A DNA stretch of 64,000 bases from an uncultured Gammaproteobacteria bacterium (GTDB lineage: Bacteria > Patescibacteriota > Microgenomatia > Levybacterales > UBA12049): positions 169,297 through 233,296 of the forward strand of contig CAZCCG010000002.1 of the NCBI GenBank assembly GCA_964497535.1, given 5' to 3'. Position 1 is the first letter of the stretch. Each line of letters begins with the position of its first letter. Made by a program: the position numbers and the translations under genes. Shown here piece after piece: positions 45,256 through 54,906 of this stretch. The notes beneath the pieces were generated by a model, which was not told the DNA's origin, searched no databases, and was given only the letters and a program-made list of their open reading frames with translations.

Positions 45256-47208
45256 TTAAAGCTTAATCTTCAATTCTTTATCCATCAGCAGGGGAAAGCT
45301 ATCAACCTGTTTGCCATTTACATTAACCGTATAATCAAATCCAGTGGTACCGGGTTGTTTTTGGATAAGGTATGGCAGAATTTCACCCGATTTGACTTTA
45401 AAGGGTAATCGATATTTCAAGGTATAGACTGCTGCTCCCAATGGACGTACTGTTACAAATCCATCAAATACGGTCTTTCCCAGATCTTCATAGGTCGTTA
45501 CCTTGACTTCAGAACCCTTACTATCCAGAAGCGTGCTGCCTTTGGGCACATATACCCGAATCCAGTCTCGCAAAACTGCATTGAGACAGAGTGCTCCTCG
45601 CTCCAAATTACAATCCGATGGTGCTTGAGGATTTTTATAGTTAATAGTGATAGATTGGATAAGGGTTCCATCACTTTGAGTCTCAATATTTTGGCTTACT
45701 ACTTCTTGTACAAATAGGTTTGATTTTTGCCCACCCAAATTGGCTTCGTTAATATGGAGATAATCTCCTTCAAATGGCTTAATCTGACCGGTAACGTTGA
45801 GTGACGCAAGCCCTGATTGAGCATCGGAATCATTTATATCAAAGAGAACATGCTTTTGTCCTGCTTGAGTAATGAGATCCTGCATGAGCGGTCCCCAATA
45901 TATTTTAGGTGATGATTTCAATGCTTTTTGCATAATAGCATAGAGAAGTTGACCCAACAGTGCTTTTCTTTCGGATTTGATATACCCTACCGGACGACTA
46001 ATCTCATTTTCCAACGCATAGATTACCTGAGGACAATTACAACGCTTGTCTATATCTGTTGTAAATGTTAATCCCCCTGCTTGGATTTCGTTATCTAAAA
46101 TTTTAATTGTTGATACCAAAACATGAGTATCCAAAGCAATAATTCCATCCACCTTGGTGGCACCAGGAATGCTGTTGTACATATCTTTAAATGTTTTCAT
46201 CGATTCAATATAATCGGGGGATATATTGGTATCGCGTAAATTCCAGCTGGATTGTTGAGGCAAATACTTCACAAGTGCCGCAGGAGCTTTTGGCTTATGG
46301 GGAACTTTTGCGTCTAATTCATAAATATCTTCAGATTTCTCCACCGAAATGAGGCCTTTATCGATCTTAAATACTGCGTAGGCAGTAATAAATCCACCGG
46401 TTGGGCGTAATTCTTTATCATTTTGGAAAATAATAAGATATTTCTTTTCTTTCTGATCACCCGCCAATGCAGGCAATACCTTTATCAGAGGCCGGGCTTC
46501 GTTAACAAACGTGACTCCTTGATCGGTATATGTTTTGAGTTGAGTAAGCTGGTTTCTTATTTTTGCTCCGGGTCCAAAATCAGGGTAGTGGTTGGGGTCT
46601 ACCTGATCAATTTCTGCCCGTGCCTTTAGCATATATACGGAAATTGCATCAATGTTTGGAGTTATTTTTCCAAGGGTAGCTACTGCAGTCCGAATTCGAT
46701 CCTCTGCTGAACCCATGACAAAACTCCCTTTCCCTTTGAGGCCTAGCACATCGGTATACGGTTTTAATGAAGTTACCACCAAATTTGCCGCATCCAGAGA
46801 ATCTGCACCAGCTTTGAGCAAATGATCTGCATCATTGTAATAATTGTTTGCCAAAGGAATATATTTAATATATCCCATTGCTGCCAACTCTTTTTGGGTT
46901 TGGGCAAGCTTTACCTGGGTCTTTTTTATTTCTGTTCCGGCAAGCTCAATATTTTGTTTTTTAGCAGCATCGTAGGCAAGTTTGGCTTGGGAATACGTCG
47001 CCATTGCGGCAACATAGGTTTTTTGTGCAGGCAATACAACTCCTACCAGAATAATTACTACAAATATAGCAACAACTACTGCAGTAATAATAAGAAATCT
47101 CTTTGAAATTTTTACTTTCCCTCTTCGTGACATAGTGTTTTCCGACTGTTTTCTTTCGCCCTTTTCCGGCTCGGAAGAGACAAAATCAACCTTTTTCCAT
47201 TCAGCCAT
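45256..47208 (-). CDS. Large membrane-anchored extracytoplasmic protein of unknown function
   Basis: 650 aa with an N-terminal TM; no catalytic motif recognised. Confidence 0.5.
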   Translation of the reverse strand: MAEWKKVDFVSSEPEKGERKQSENTMSRRGKVKISKRFLIITAVVVAIFVVIILVGVVLPAQKTYVAAMATYSQAKLAYDAAKKQNIELAGTEIKKTQVKLAQTQKELAAMGYIKYIPLANNYYNDADHLLKAGADSLDAANLVVTSLKPYTDVLGLKGKGSFVMGSAEDRIRTAVATLGKITPNIDAISVYMLKARAEIDQVDPNHYPDFGPGAKIRNQLTQLKTYTDQGVTFVNEARPLIKVLPALAGDQKEKKYLIIFQNDKELRPTGGFITAYAVFKIDKGLISVEKSEDIYELDAKVPHKPKAPAALVKYLPQQSSWNLRDTNISPDYIESMKTFKDMYNSIPGATKVDGIIALDTHVLVSTIKILDNEIQAGGLTFTTDIDKRCNCPQVIYALENEISRPVGYIKSERKALLGQLLYAIMQKALKSSPKIYWGPLMQDLITQAGQKHVLFDINDSDAQSGLASLNVTGQIKPFEGDYLHINEANLGGQKSNLFVQEVVSQNIETQSDGTLIQSITINYKNPQAPSDCNLERGALCLNAVLRDWIRVYVPKGSTLLDSKGSEVKVTTYEDLGKTVFDGFVTVRPLGAAVYTLKYRLPFKVKSGEILPYLIQKQPGTTGFDYTVNVNGKQVDSFPLLMDKELKIKL

Positions 47209-47280
47209 TTCTTAATGATAACCAAAAACAGTTGAGATTGTCAAATCCTTAATCACCCACTCCTAAGGCTATCTCCTCAA

Positions 47281-47946
47281 TCATAATGCTCCTTTTCCGC
47301 TAATCATAGTCCATGGAGTTTTAAGAATGATTCCTAAGTCATAAAAAACAGACCTTTTTTGGACATACTGAGCATCCATTTTTATTCTTTTGTCAAAGTT
47401 AATGGCGCTTCGTCCGCTTACCTGCCAATATCCGGTAATGCCAGGTTTTACCGATAACACAACTTTAACCGAATCTCGAGTGTAAGGATATTTTTTTTGT
47501 TGATCCCGAAGTTCGTCAGGATAATATGCCCGAGGTCCTACCAAACTCATGTCACCCCGAAGTACATTGAAAAACTGAGGAACCTCATCAAGTGAATGTC
47601 TTCGTATAAAGTGCCCAATTCGAGTTATTCGGGGATCATCTCTCAGTTTATAACTGTCCCGTTTGTATTCTGAAAAAAGTTCTGCATAGTTAGGATTCTG
47701 TCGCAAAATATCATGAGCGTTTTGGATCATGGAACGAAATTTGAACATTTTAAAAAGTTTTCCGTTCTTTCCAACGCGCTCAGGAATATCGGCAAAAACA
47801 GGCCCCGGAGAATCTAATTTAATAGCAATACAAATAATAATAATTACTGGAAGAAAGAGGAGAATCAATGCCATGGAAAATCCGATGTCTAGCGCCCGCT
47901 TGGCCATTTCATACAGTCTACTTTTTCTAATCTCAATATATGGCAT
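47281..47946 (-). CDS. Polyprenyl-phosphate sugar phosphotransferase (bacterial sugar transferase / WbaP C-domain family)
   Basis: Hallmark PGITGYWQVSGRS and DLxxDxxY motifs; single N-terminal TM. Confidence 0.85.
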   Translation of the reverse strand: MPYIEIRKSRLYEMAKRALDIGFSMALILLFLPVIIIICIAIKLDSPGPVFADIPERVGKNGKLFKMFKFRSMIQNAHDILRQNPNYAELFSEYKRDSYKLRDDPRITRIGHFIRRHSLDEVPQFFNVLRGDMSLVGPRAYYPDELRDQQKKYPYTRDSVKVVLSVKPGITGYWQVSGRSAINFDKRIKMDAQYVQKRSVFYDLGIILKTPWTMISGKGAL

Positions 47947-47949
47947 ATA

Positions 47950-49032
47950 TTAGGTGAGATGTTCATGTTCTGTTCCTTTTAATTTTTCGACAAGTTTTTT
48001 GATTTTAGGAACAGAAGTTTTTGGACATACCAACACTACGTCTTCCGTATTAATCACAAGCATTTGATTTAAATCAATACCTACTAATAATTGCTTTGTA
48101 TAATTGAATACTAACGAATCTTGTGAATCTTCTACTAAAACATTTCCTTTTGTAACAATATCCTCATCCCTATCTGAAAGTGCTTCTTTTAACGATTCCC
48201 ATGCACCTACATCGCTCCACTCCAAATCGGCAGAAATAACCAGAATTCCCGAAGGGTTCATCTTTATTAAGATCAAATCATCAAAACTTATTTTTTCAAG
48301 TTCTGGATATTTCGACTCCAAAACATTCTCAAAACTGCTTGTTCCCCATGCGTTTCCAATCTCCGCCAGTTCTGTATGCATCTGTACTGCAAATGTTTCA
48401 AAAAGTGAAGATAAATATCGTGGTGTTGAGACAAAATATCCCAGATTCCATACAAAGTTTTTATGGTTATAAAATGTTATTGCTTCCGTTAATGTCGGGC
48501 GATAGCGAAAACTTTTAAATGAGTACATTTTTACGTCTTCTTTCTGATCAATTTCTTCTCCGACCTCTATCCATCCCATATTTTGATTCGCAAACCGGGG
48601 TTTTTGAGCAATAAATACAAATTTAGATTTTTCTGTTTTTATTGCTTCTTCCGCCAAAGAAAGTGCGTTTTTAAATGCAGCAATATTTTTAACCAAATGA
48701 TCACTCCATAAAATTGCCACAGGTTCATCAGGGAATTTTTTTTGCAACAGTGCTGCTACTAACCCAATTGCAGGACCAACATCACGCATCTGAGGTTCAA
48801 AAATGAAATTTTCTTTGGGGATGGGTAACAACTGGTCGGTTATAATAGATTCGTATCGTTTTCCCGTAGCGATATAAATATCTGAATAATCAATATCTGG
48901 AATCAAACGATTTACCGTCTCTTGAAGCGTAGATTTATCCCCTATTATTTTTTCAAACTGTTTTGGCGTATTTCTTCTCGAAAGCGGCCACAAACGGGTT
49001 CCAATTCCTCCTGCAAAAATAACTACTTTCAT
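47950..49032 (-). CDS. Mannose-1-phosphate guanylyltransferase-like nucleotidyltransferase
   Basis: MKVVIFAGGIGTRLWPLSRRNTPKQF matches the ManC/GMP N-terminus. Confidence 0.8.
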   Translation of the reverse strand: MKVVIFAGGIGTRLWPLSRRNTPKQFEKIIGDKSTLQETVNRLIPDIDYSDIYIATGKRYESIITDQLLPIPKENFIFEPQMRDVGPAIGLVAALLQKKFPDEPVAILWSDHLVKNIAAFKNALSLAEEAIKTEKSKFVFIAQKPRFANQNMGWIEVGEEIDQKEDVKMYSFKSFRYRPTLTEAITFYNHKNFVWNLGYFVSTPRYLSSLFETFAVQMHTELAEIGNAWGTSSFENVLESKYPELEKISFDDLILIKMNPSGILVISADLEWSDVGAWESLKEALSDRDEDIVTKGNVLVEDSQDSLVFNYTKQLLVGIDLNQMLVINTEDVVLVCPKTSVPKIKKLVEKLKGTEHEHLT

Positions 49033-50180
49033 AGGTTCTTTTTATATTCTTTTATATATGTTTGTAATTGAGCCATAAATGCTTTCTTAAATTGCTCTGT
49101 ACCAAATTTTCTGGCTTGTTGTATACAATCTTTTCTATCAAAATGAAATGTATCAAAGTTTTTCAGTGCCGTAATTAATGCATGAGCATTTTGTGGGTAA
49201 AAAAACGCACCGGTTTTTCCTTCTATAACTGTTTCTAACACACCTCCACTTTTTAGCGCAATTACCGGCTTACCCTGAGCCTGGACTTCCAATGCTGTCA
49301 ATCCAAAATCTTCATTAGCCGGAATAATAAGGGCTTTACAATTCCTATAATACTCTAGCAATTCTTCATCCGTCAAGGTTCCTACAAACGTTACTGTTGG
49401 GCCGGCTATCCTGCGAAGTGCTCCTTCTTCAGATCCTTTGCCCACTATTATAAGAGGTAATTTAAGCATATTACATGCTTCTATAGCAATATCCAATCTT
49501 TTATAGGGCACAAATCGAGAAACGATAAGAAAATACGATGAGCGTTCACCTGCCCTCCAGTGTGTGTCACCTAAGGCGACTTTTAGTGGAGAGTTTAGTT
49601 TTTTCTCTTCCAACGAAACACTGCGAGACGCCAGGGTAAGGGCAGGATAAACAACCGAAGAATCCTTTTGATAATAGTTTTTAATCCTTTCCTGTACAGC
49701 TTGTGATATTGCAATATAAAAATCTGGACGGTTTGAGGCAATCGTATCAAATGTTTTTAAATACGCAATAGCAGGATGAGATAAAAAACGCAGCAATGAA
49801 TTTTTAAAATAATCCTGATATCCACTCCATAAATAACGAGTCGGTGTAAGACAATAACAGATATGTAGAGTCTGGGGCTTGGTAAGAATGCTTTTAGCAT
49901 GTTCACTCGTTATGGAAATGACAACATCATAGTCATCAAAATGGAAACTTTCAAAAGCCACTGGCATAAAAAGAGCAAATTGTTCATGAGAAGAAGAGGC
50001 AAACGGAATTTTCTGAAGAAATGTTGAACGGACATCAAATGGTTTTGCCCATCGTGCAGTTTTTTTATTATATACCGAAGTATACAATGGAGCATCCGGA
50101 AATAATTCCGCAAGCGCCAACAAAACGCGTTCCGCACCTCCCCATTTATTTACTCTGTCGTAGACTAATGCTACTTTCAT
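49029..50180 (-). CDS. Glycosyltransferase family 4 (GT-B)
   Basis: GT4 architecture with an E-x7-E-like C-terminal region; 383 aa. Confidence 0.75.
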   Translation of the reverse strand: MKVALVYDRVNKWGGAERVLLALAELFPDAPLYTSVYNKKTARWAKPFDVRSTFLQKIPFASSSHEQFALFMPVAFESFHFDDYDVVISITSEHAKSILTKPQTLHICYCLTPTRYLWSGYQDYFKNSLLRFLSHPAIAYLKTFDTIASNRPDFYIAISQAVQERIKNYYQKDSSVVYPALTLASRSVSLEEKKLNSPLKVALGDTHWRAGERSSYFLIVSRFVPYKRLDIAIEACNMLKLPLIIVGKGSEEGALRRIAGPTVTFVGTLTDEELLEYYRNCKALIIPANEDFGLTALEVQAQGKPVIALKSGGVLETVIEGKTGAFFYPQNAHALITALKNFDTFHFDRKDCIQQARKFGTEQFKKAFMAQLQTYIKEYKKNL

Positions 50181-50249
50181 ATGTTATGGAATAGTTCAGC
50201 TAATTCTAACGTATCGGCAGAGGCAGAAGCAAGAATCTATAGAAGTATA

Positions 50250-51368
50250 TTATCCTTGAGCATATACTTCTTGATAAATTTTCAATGTTTTTTTAGCCAT
50301 CTGTTGCCATGCAAAGCTTTTCACATACACAGATTCTTTCCTCCCATATTCTTCTCTTTTTTTCTGAGATACATGATATGCATCAACTAATCTTTTTTCT
50401 ATATCTTTTACTTTGAATGGATCGAAATACAAACAGTTTTGTTTATATATTTCTTTATATACCACAATGTTGGATGCTAGAACCAATGCTCCATATTCCA
50501 TGGCTTCAAGACCAGGTAATCCAAATCCTTCCATCAGAGATGGACAAACAACAGCCAAACAATTTTTATAAAGCTCGGCAAGTTTTTCGTCGGATACATA
50601 TCCCATGAAGGAAACAGAATTCTCAAGTGACATCGTATGGATCAGTTTTTTAATTCTTTTGTAAAAATAATCTTGCCTTCCTACTAATTGTAGTTTTACA
50701 GTTGGATAATGATGGTGAAATTGTAAAAATGCTTCCAATAATCTCTCGAGATTTTTATGAGGATAGGCATTTCCAACATATAAAAAATATGGATTTTTTA
50801 CATCTGTACCCTGCCCCGAATTAGAGATTTTCTTATCTACTCCCTCATACGTAACTGTTACTCGATCTGGGTCTACATCAAAATGTTTTATTATCTCAGC
50901 TTTTGTCGCGTTAGACACGGTAATAATAAAGTTAGATTTTCTCGAAGCTTCCTGGATAATAAATTTATAACCGAATTGTTTCAACCAATATAATGGTGGC
51001 GGCAATGTAGAAGCCTTCCCGGTTGGATAGTGATGTAAAATCAAATCATGAATCGTAACAATAAATTTTTTATGATAAAAAATTGGAACTGAAAAATAAG
51101 GGAAATGAACCAAATCTAACTCTTCCGAAGCAATAAGAGCAGGAAATGTAATCTGTTCCCAAATTGTATGCCACCGAATATCTGCTTTTACCAATGTCCA
51201 GTTTTTCTTATTGCTAATGTGAGACGCAACTTCATCATAATCAGACGATAGAACAAAAAGGGTATAGTAATTTTTTTTGTCTATTACTCCAAGTTCTCTT
51301 ACCAAATTTCTAATATACCTTCCAACTCCTGACTCATTCCAGAGTCTGCAATCAATTCCAATTCTCAT
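50250..51368 (-). CDS. Glycosyltransferase family 4 (GT-B)
   Basis: MRIGIDCRL N-terminus and GFGLPGLEAM motif typical of GT4. Confidence 0.8.
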   Translation of the reverse strand: MRIGIDCRLWNESGVGRYIRNLVRELGVIDKKNYYTLFVLSSDYDEVASHISNKKNWTLVKADIRWHTIWEQITFPALIASEELDLVHFPYFSVPIFYHKKFIVTIHDLILHHYPTGKASTLPPPLYWLKQFGYKFIIQEASRKSNFIITVSNATKAEIIKHFDVDPDRVTVTYEGVDKKISNSGQGTDVKNPYFLYVGNAYPHKNLERLLEAFLQFHHHYPTVKLQLVGRQDYFYKRIKKLIHTMSLENSVSFMGYVSDEKLAELYKNCLAVVCPSLMEGFGLPGLEAMEYGALVLASNIVVYKEIYKQNCLYFDPFKVKDIEKRLVDAYHVSQKKREEYGRKESVYVKSFAWQQMAKKTLKIYQEVYAQG

Positions 51369-52261
51369 TGATATTTCCTCCTACTGAGAATATATAAAAG
51401 ATTAATACCATTTGTAACCATTGAAGTAACAAAACCGGGATACACATTTTTATAATGTTTTTTATAGAAAATCCTCATAGCATCAAATCGGGCATCGGTA
51501 GTACGGAGTTTTGTTTCTTTATCCGCAGATGTTACATCTTTGGAAACTTGCTTGATCCCGCCTGATACTCCTTTATAATGGAGCAGTGAAACGGTTGGAA
51601 CATAATATATCTTCCACCCTTTTTTTTTCAGCATATAACAAAAATCCAAATCTTCGCCGTAGAAGAAATAATCTTCATCCCACCAGCCGATCTGCTCCCC
51701 AGCTTCCCAGCGAACGATCATAAATGCACCTGCCAATGCATCAATTTCATGAATTTTTCCTAAATCTTTCCACCCCAAATTATACCCGTTCAAAAATAAG
51801 CTGTTTGGAAATACTTTGGAGATACCACTGAAATGGCAAAAAGAATTCCAGGGAGTAGGAAATCCGCGATGAGATGCATCATCAATTTGACCATCTGGCA
51901 ATTCTACTTTACACGTCGCAGCACCAGCATCAGCATGATTATCCATGAATCGAATCATCTCCTCAAGTGTTTTTGCTCGTAAAATCGCGTCTGAATTTAG
52001 AAAGAGCATATATCTTCCTTTTGCAACTGCAACTCCAATATTATTGGCTTTTGAAAATCCTAGATTTTCATTATTTACGATGGTGTGAACCTGAGGGAAA
52101 CTCTTTCTTACCATCTTAATAGAATCATCTTTTGAATTGTTATCAACTACAATAACCTCATAATGTAATTCCTTAGATACCCTGGTAAAAACTGCAGTCA
52201 GACATTCTTTCAGAAAATCCTGCGTATTGTATGAAACAATAATAATTGAAACATCTATCAT
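51365..52261 (-). CDS. Glycosyltransferase family 2 (GT-A)
   Basis: VSIIIVSYNTQDFLKECL, DxD region; 298 aa. Confidence 0.85.
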   Translation of the reverse strand: MIDVSIIIVSYNTQDFLKECLTAVFTRVSKELHYEVIVVDNNSKDDSIKMVRKSFPQVHTIVNNENLGFSKANNIGVAVAKGRYMLFLNSDAILRAKTLEEMIRFMDNHADAGAATCKVELPDGQIDDASHRGFPTPWNSFCHFSGISKVFPNSLFLNGYNLGWKDLGKIHEIDALAGAFMIVRWEAGEQIGWWDEDYFFYGEDLDFCYMLKKKGWKIYYVPTVSLLHYKGVSGGIKQVSKDVTSADKETKLRTTDARFDAMRIFYKKHYKNVYPGFVTSMVTNGINLLYILSRRKYQ

Positions 52262-53448
52262 GTTACTGACTTATATACTCCTTCTAATTTTTCCGTAATA
52301 CTTTTCCAATTATACTGTTTTTCAACCAGGTTGCGGGCATTTTGGGAGAGTTCTTTATACTTTTTTTTATCTCGCAAAAGATCTAGTAGCGATGATCGTA
52401 TTTCTTCTGAAGTATTACTCATTATTACTTCTTTTCCTCCATGAGAAACAAGCCCTTGCGCTCCTAAGGTACTGGTAATAACCGGTACACCGCTTGCCAT
52501 TGCTTCAATTATTTTAAAGCTTGTCCCTCCTCCAATTCGTATAGGAGTTAAAAGAATAAAAGCATTTTTAAAAATATCAGAAGTTTTATCTGAAGCGTTT
52601 TCGTCAAAAATAACTGTCTGATCTAAAACTAATTGTTGAATCGAATCAGGAATATGCTTTCCTACAATCCATAATTTTAATTCATGATTCAAAATTCCCG
52701 ATTCAGACTTTATTTTTCCCCAAACTTCCTTGAGAATAAATCGAACTGTATCCCTATTTTGTAACCATTTAAAATTGCCAATAAAGAGAATGTTTCGTTC
52801 TGTTTGTTTATACTTCTCCTCAGGCAAAATATAAGGAAATGCTTCCAAATCAACTCCATTTGGAATTACAACTACATCAGACCTCTTCATTTCCTGCTTT
52901 TCCTCCTCTGAAACTGCGATAAGTTTTGTTGCTCTCTGCCAAAATTGCTGTTCCCATTTTTTTAATTTCTTAACATCAATATGCAAAAGCGGACGTAAAA
53001 AAACAGGTGCTTTTTGTACAAAACGCTCATAAACAAAATATTCAATATTATGTTCTACCAAGACAATAGGAACCGATGTGACAGGAACATTTTGCATAAT
53101 ATATGATGTCTCAACGTGAATTATATCTATCTTTTCTTTTTGCAGAATCTGCGAGATTTTCTCTTTCATCGCAGGGTTTGTATGACCCACTATCAAAAAT
53201 GGATATGAAGAAAAACCAGTTTTAAGTATTGTACTGATAGACCATTGTCTTTTACGTGGATAGGTATATATTTCTTTACAGAATTTTCCTACAGCTTGCA
53301 CATCGACTTCAGACTGATTTGACCTTTTTTCACAAACTAAAATAATCTCGTGATGACGTGAAAGGTGCTTGAGAATGTTATACAAACGAACGTGACCTCC
53401 GGAATGAAGCGGATATGGAAGATAAGAAGAAACAACCAATATTTTCAT
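52258..53448 (-). CDS. Glycosyltransferase family 4 (GT-B)
   Basis: MKILVVSSYLPYPLHSGGHVRLYN and a C-terminal GT1/GT4 motif. Confidence 0.8.
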   Translation of the reverse strand: MKILVVSSYLPYPLHSGGHVRLYNILKHLSRHHEIILVCEKRSNQSEVDVQAVGKFCKEIYTYPRKRQWSISTILKTGFSSYPFLIVGHTNPAMKEKISQILQKEKIDIIHVETSYIMQNVPVTSVPIVLVEHNIEYFVYERFVQKAPVFLRPLLHIDVKKLKKWEQQFWQRATKLIAVSEEEKQEMKRSDVVVIPNGVDLEAFPYILPEEKYKQTERNILFIGNFKWLQNRDTVRFILKEVWGKIKSESGILNHELKLWIVGKHIPDSIQQLVLDQTVIFDENASDKTSDIFKNAFILLTPIRIGGGTSFKIIEAMASGVPVITSTLGAQGLVSHGGKEVIMSNTSEEIRSSLLDLLRDKKKYKELSQNARNLVEKQYNWKSITEKLEGVYKSVT

Positions 53449-54905
53449 GGTTTCTGTTTGAGATTCACTAATATATATTGTGGTGATGAGGCAACAATTT
53501 TGTACTTTTTTCCGATAGTCATTTCTTGCTTAGTTGGGTTTACAAATACTAAGTATGTTGCTCCCATTTTTACTAAATCCTCAGTTGAGTGCTCAAAGCT
53601 AGGCCACCCTCTGCGATTCGTCTGATAAAGAAACGATGTATCTCCATCGTAGGGAGCAATAACTTTTGCATTTTTTGGTGTGAGTTTATCTACTACATGA
53701 CCTGCCACAACAATTGAACGATTATTAATATTAAAATAGTCTTTAACATACATCCACCCAACATAGAACATACCAATAGTGACCAATACAACTGCAATCT
53801 TAACTGTCACATTCTTGCGTTCCCATAAATAGTAAGCACCAATCCCATAAAAAATAGCAAGAGACGGGCTGATGAGAATTTGATAATAGTCATGCTGTAC
53901 ATTCCCTGTAGCAAAAACTATTACGTACAATGCAGACGCGATCAGAAAAGATAGGAAAAAGAAGAAAGACTTGGATTTACGAAGCTGAAAGATCCCATAG
54001 CCTAAAAAGATAAGTCCAAAATACGCTGAGATCAGTTTTGTCAACCGTTCATAGAGTATCCAACGAAAAAAAGCAGGACGGAAACGTATCCCATTCCCAT
54101 TGAGAAGCCATGCATTAGCAGGTATTCCCTCGGCATACTGACTAATCCATTGTCTCCACAAGACCAACGGCAAAATAGTAAGAATTGCCACAAGCCACAA
54201 TTGCCATTTTTTAAATAAGCTCCATCCAAATACTTCCCATGCCAAATACCCCATCGGTAAACAGAAAAACAAAGCATATGGTTTTAATAAACAAGCAGTC
54301 GCGGTAAATAGAAGTGATATCAATAAATATAGATAGTTTTTCAATTGACTGTTTTCTTTTTCATTTTTCGCTTTTCGCTTTTCACTTTTTTTGAGCCACA
54401 GGTCAAAAAAGTATATTCCACCGAGCACTGCCATAACCATCGAGGGATCGGGAAGTATTGTCCTCCCATAATAAATATTATATGGCACGAACGCATAGAA
54501 AAATGCCGTAAATAATCCTGCTTTTTTACTCAGATGATTACTGACGATTAAGTACAAAAATAACGTCGCAAGCAAAGAAGAAAGAATTGTGACGATTCTT
54601 CCCCATTCTTCCAATGTAAACCCATGGAATATTTGATACAAACCGGCTTGTGCTATATTATAGATAGGGAATTCTACAAATCTATAACCATTGGGATTAT
54701 CAAGACCTGAAGGGACATTTGATATATCATCAAATCGAGGATGTAAAATATCATATCCATGTTGTACAAAATTGCGTGATACTGCCGACGTATCCGCCTG
54801 CCTCCAGCTGTGCCAATCAGCAATAGGATTATCAAACCGATAGAGACGCACAATACATGCCCCAAGCAAAATCAGAACAAGATATAAGAGAGCATTTTTC
54901 TGCAT
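53445..54905 (-). CDS. GT-C-type polytopic membrane glycosyltransferase (ArnT/PMT-like)
   Basis: ~12 TM protein with a periplasmic C-terminal domain; 486 aa; GT-C assignment is from architecture only. Confidence 0.5.
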   Translation of the reverse strand: MQKNALLYLVLILLGACIVRLYRFDNPIADWHSWRQADTSAVSRNFVQHGYDILHPRFDDISNVPSGLDNPNGYRFVEFPIYNIAQAGLYQIFHGFTLEEWGRIVTILSSLLATLFLYLIVSNHLSKKAGLFTAFFYAFVPYNIYYGRTILPDPSMVMAVLGGIYFFDLWLKKSEKRKAKNEKENSQLKNYLYLLISLLFTATACLLKPYALFFCLPMGYLAWEVFGWSLFKKWQLWLVAILTILPLVLWRQWISQYAEGIPANAWLLNGNGIRFRPAFFRWILYERLTKLISAYFGLIFLGYGIFQLRKSKSFFFFLSFLIASALYVIVFATGNVQHDYYQILISPSLAIFYGIGAYYLWERKNVTVKIAVVLVTIGMFYVGWMYVKDYFNINNRSIVVAGHVVDKLTPKNAKVIAPYDGDTSFLYQTNRRGWPSFEHSTEDLVKMGATYLVFVNPTKQEMTIGKKYKIVASSPQYILVNLKQKP

Positions 54906-54906
54906 G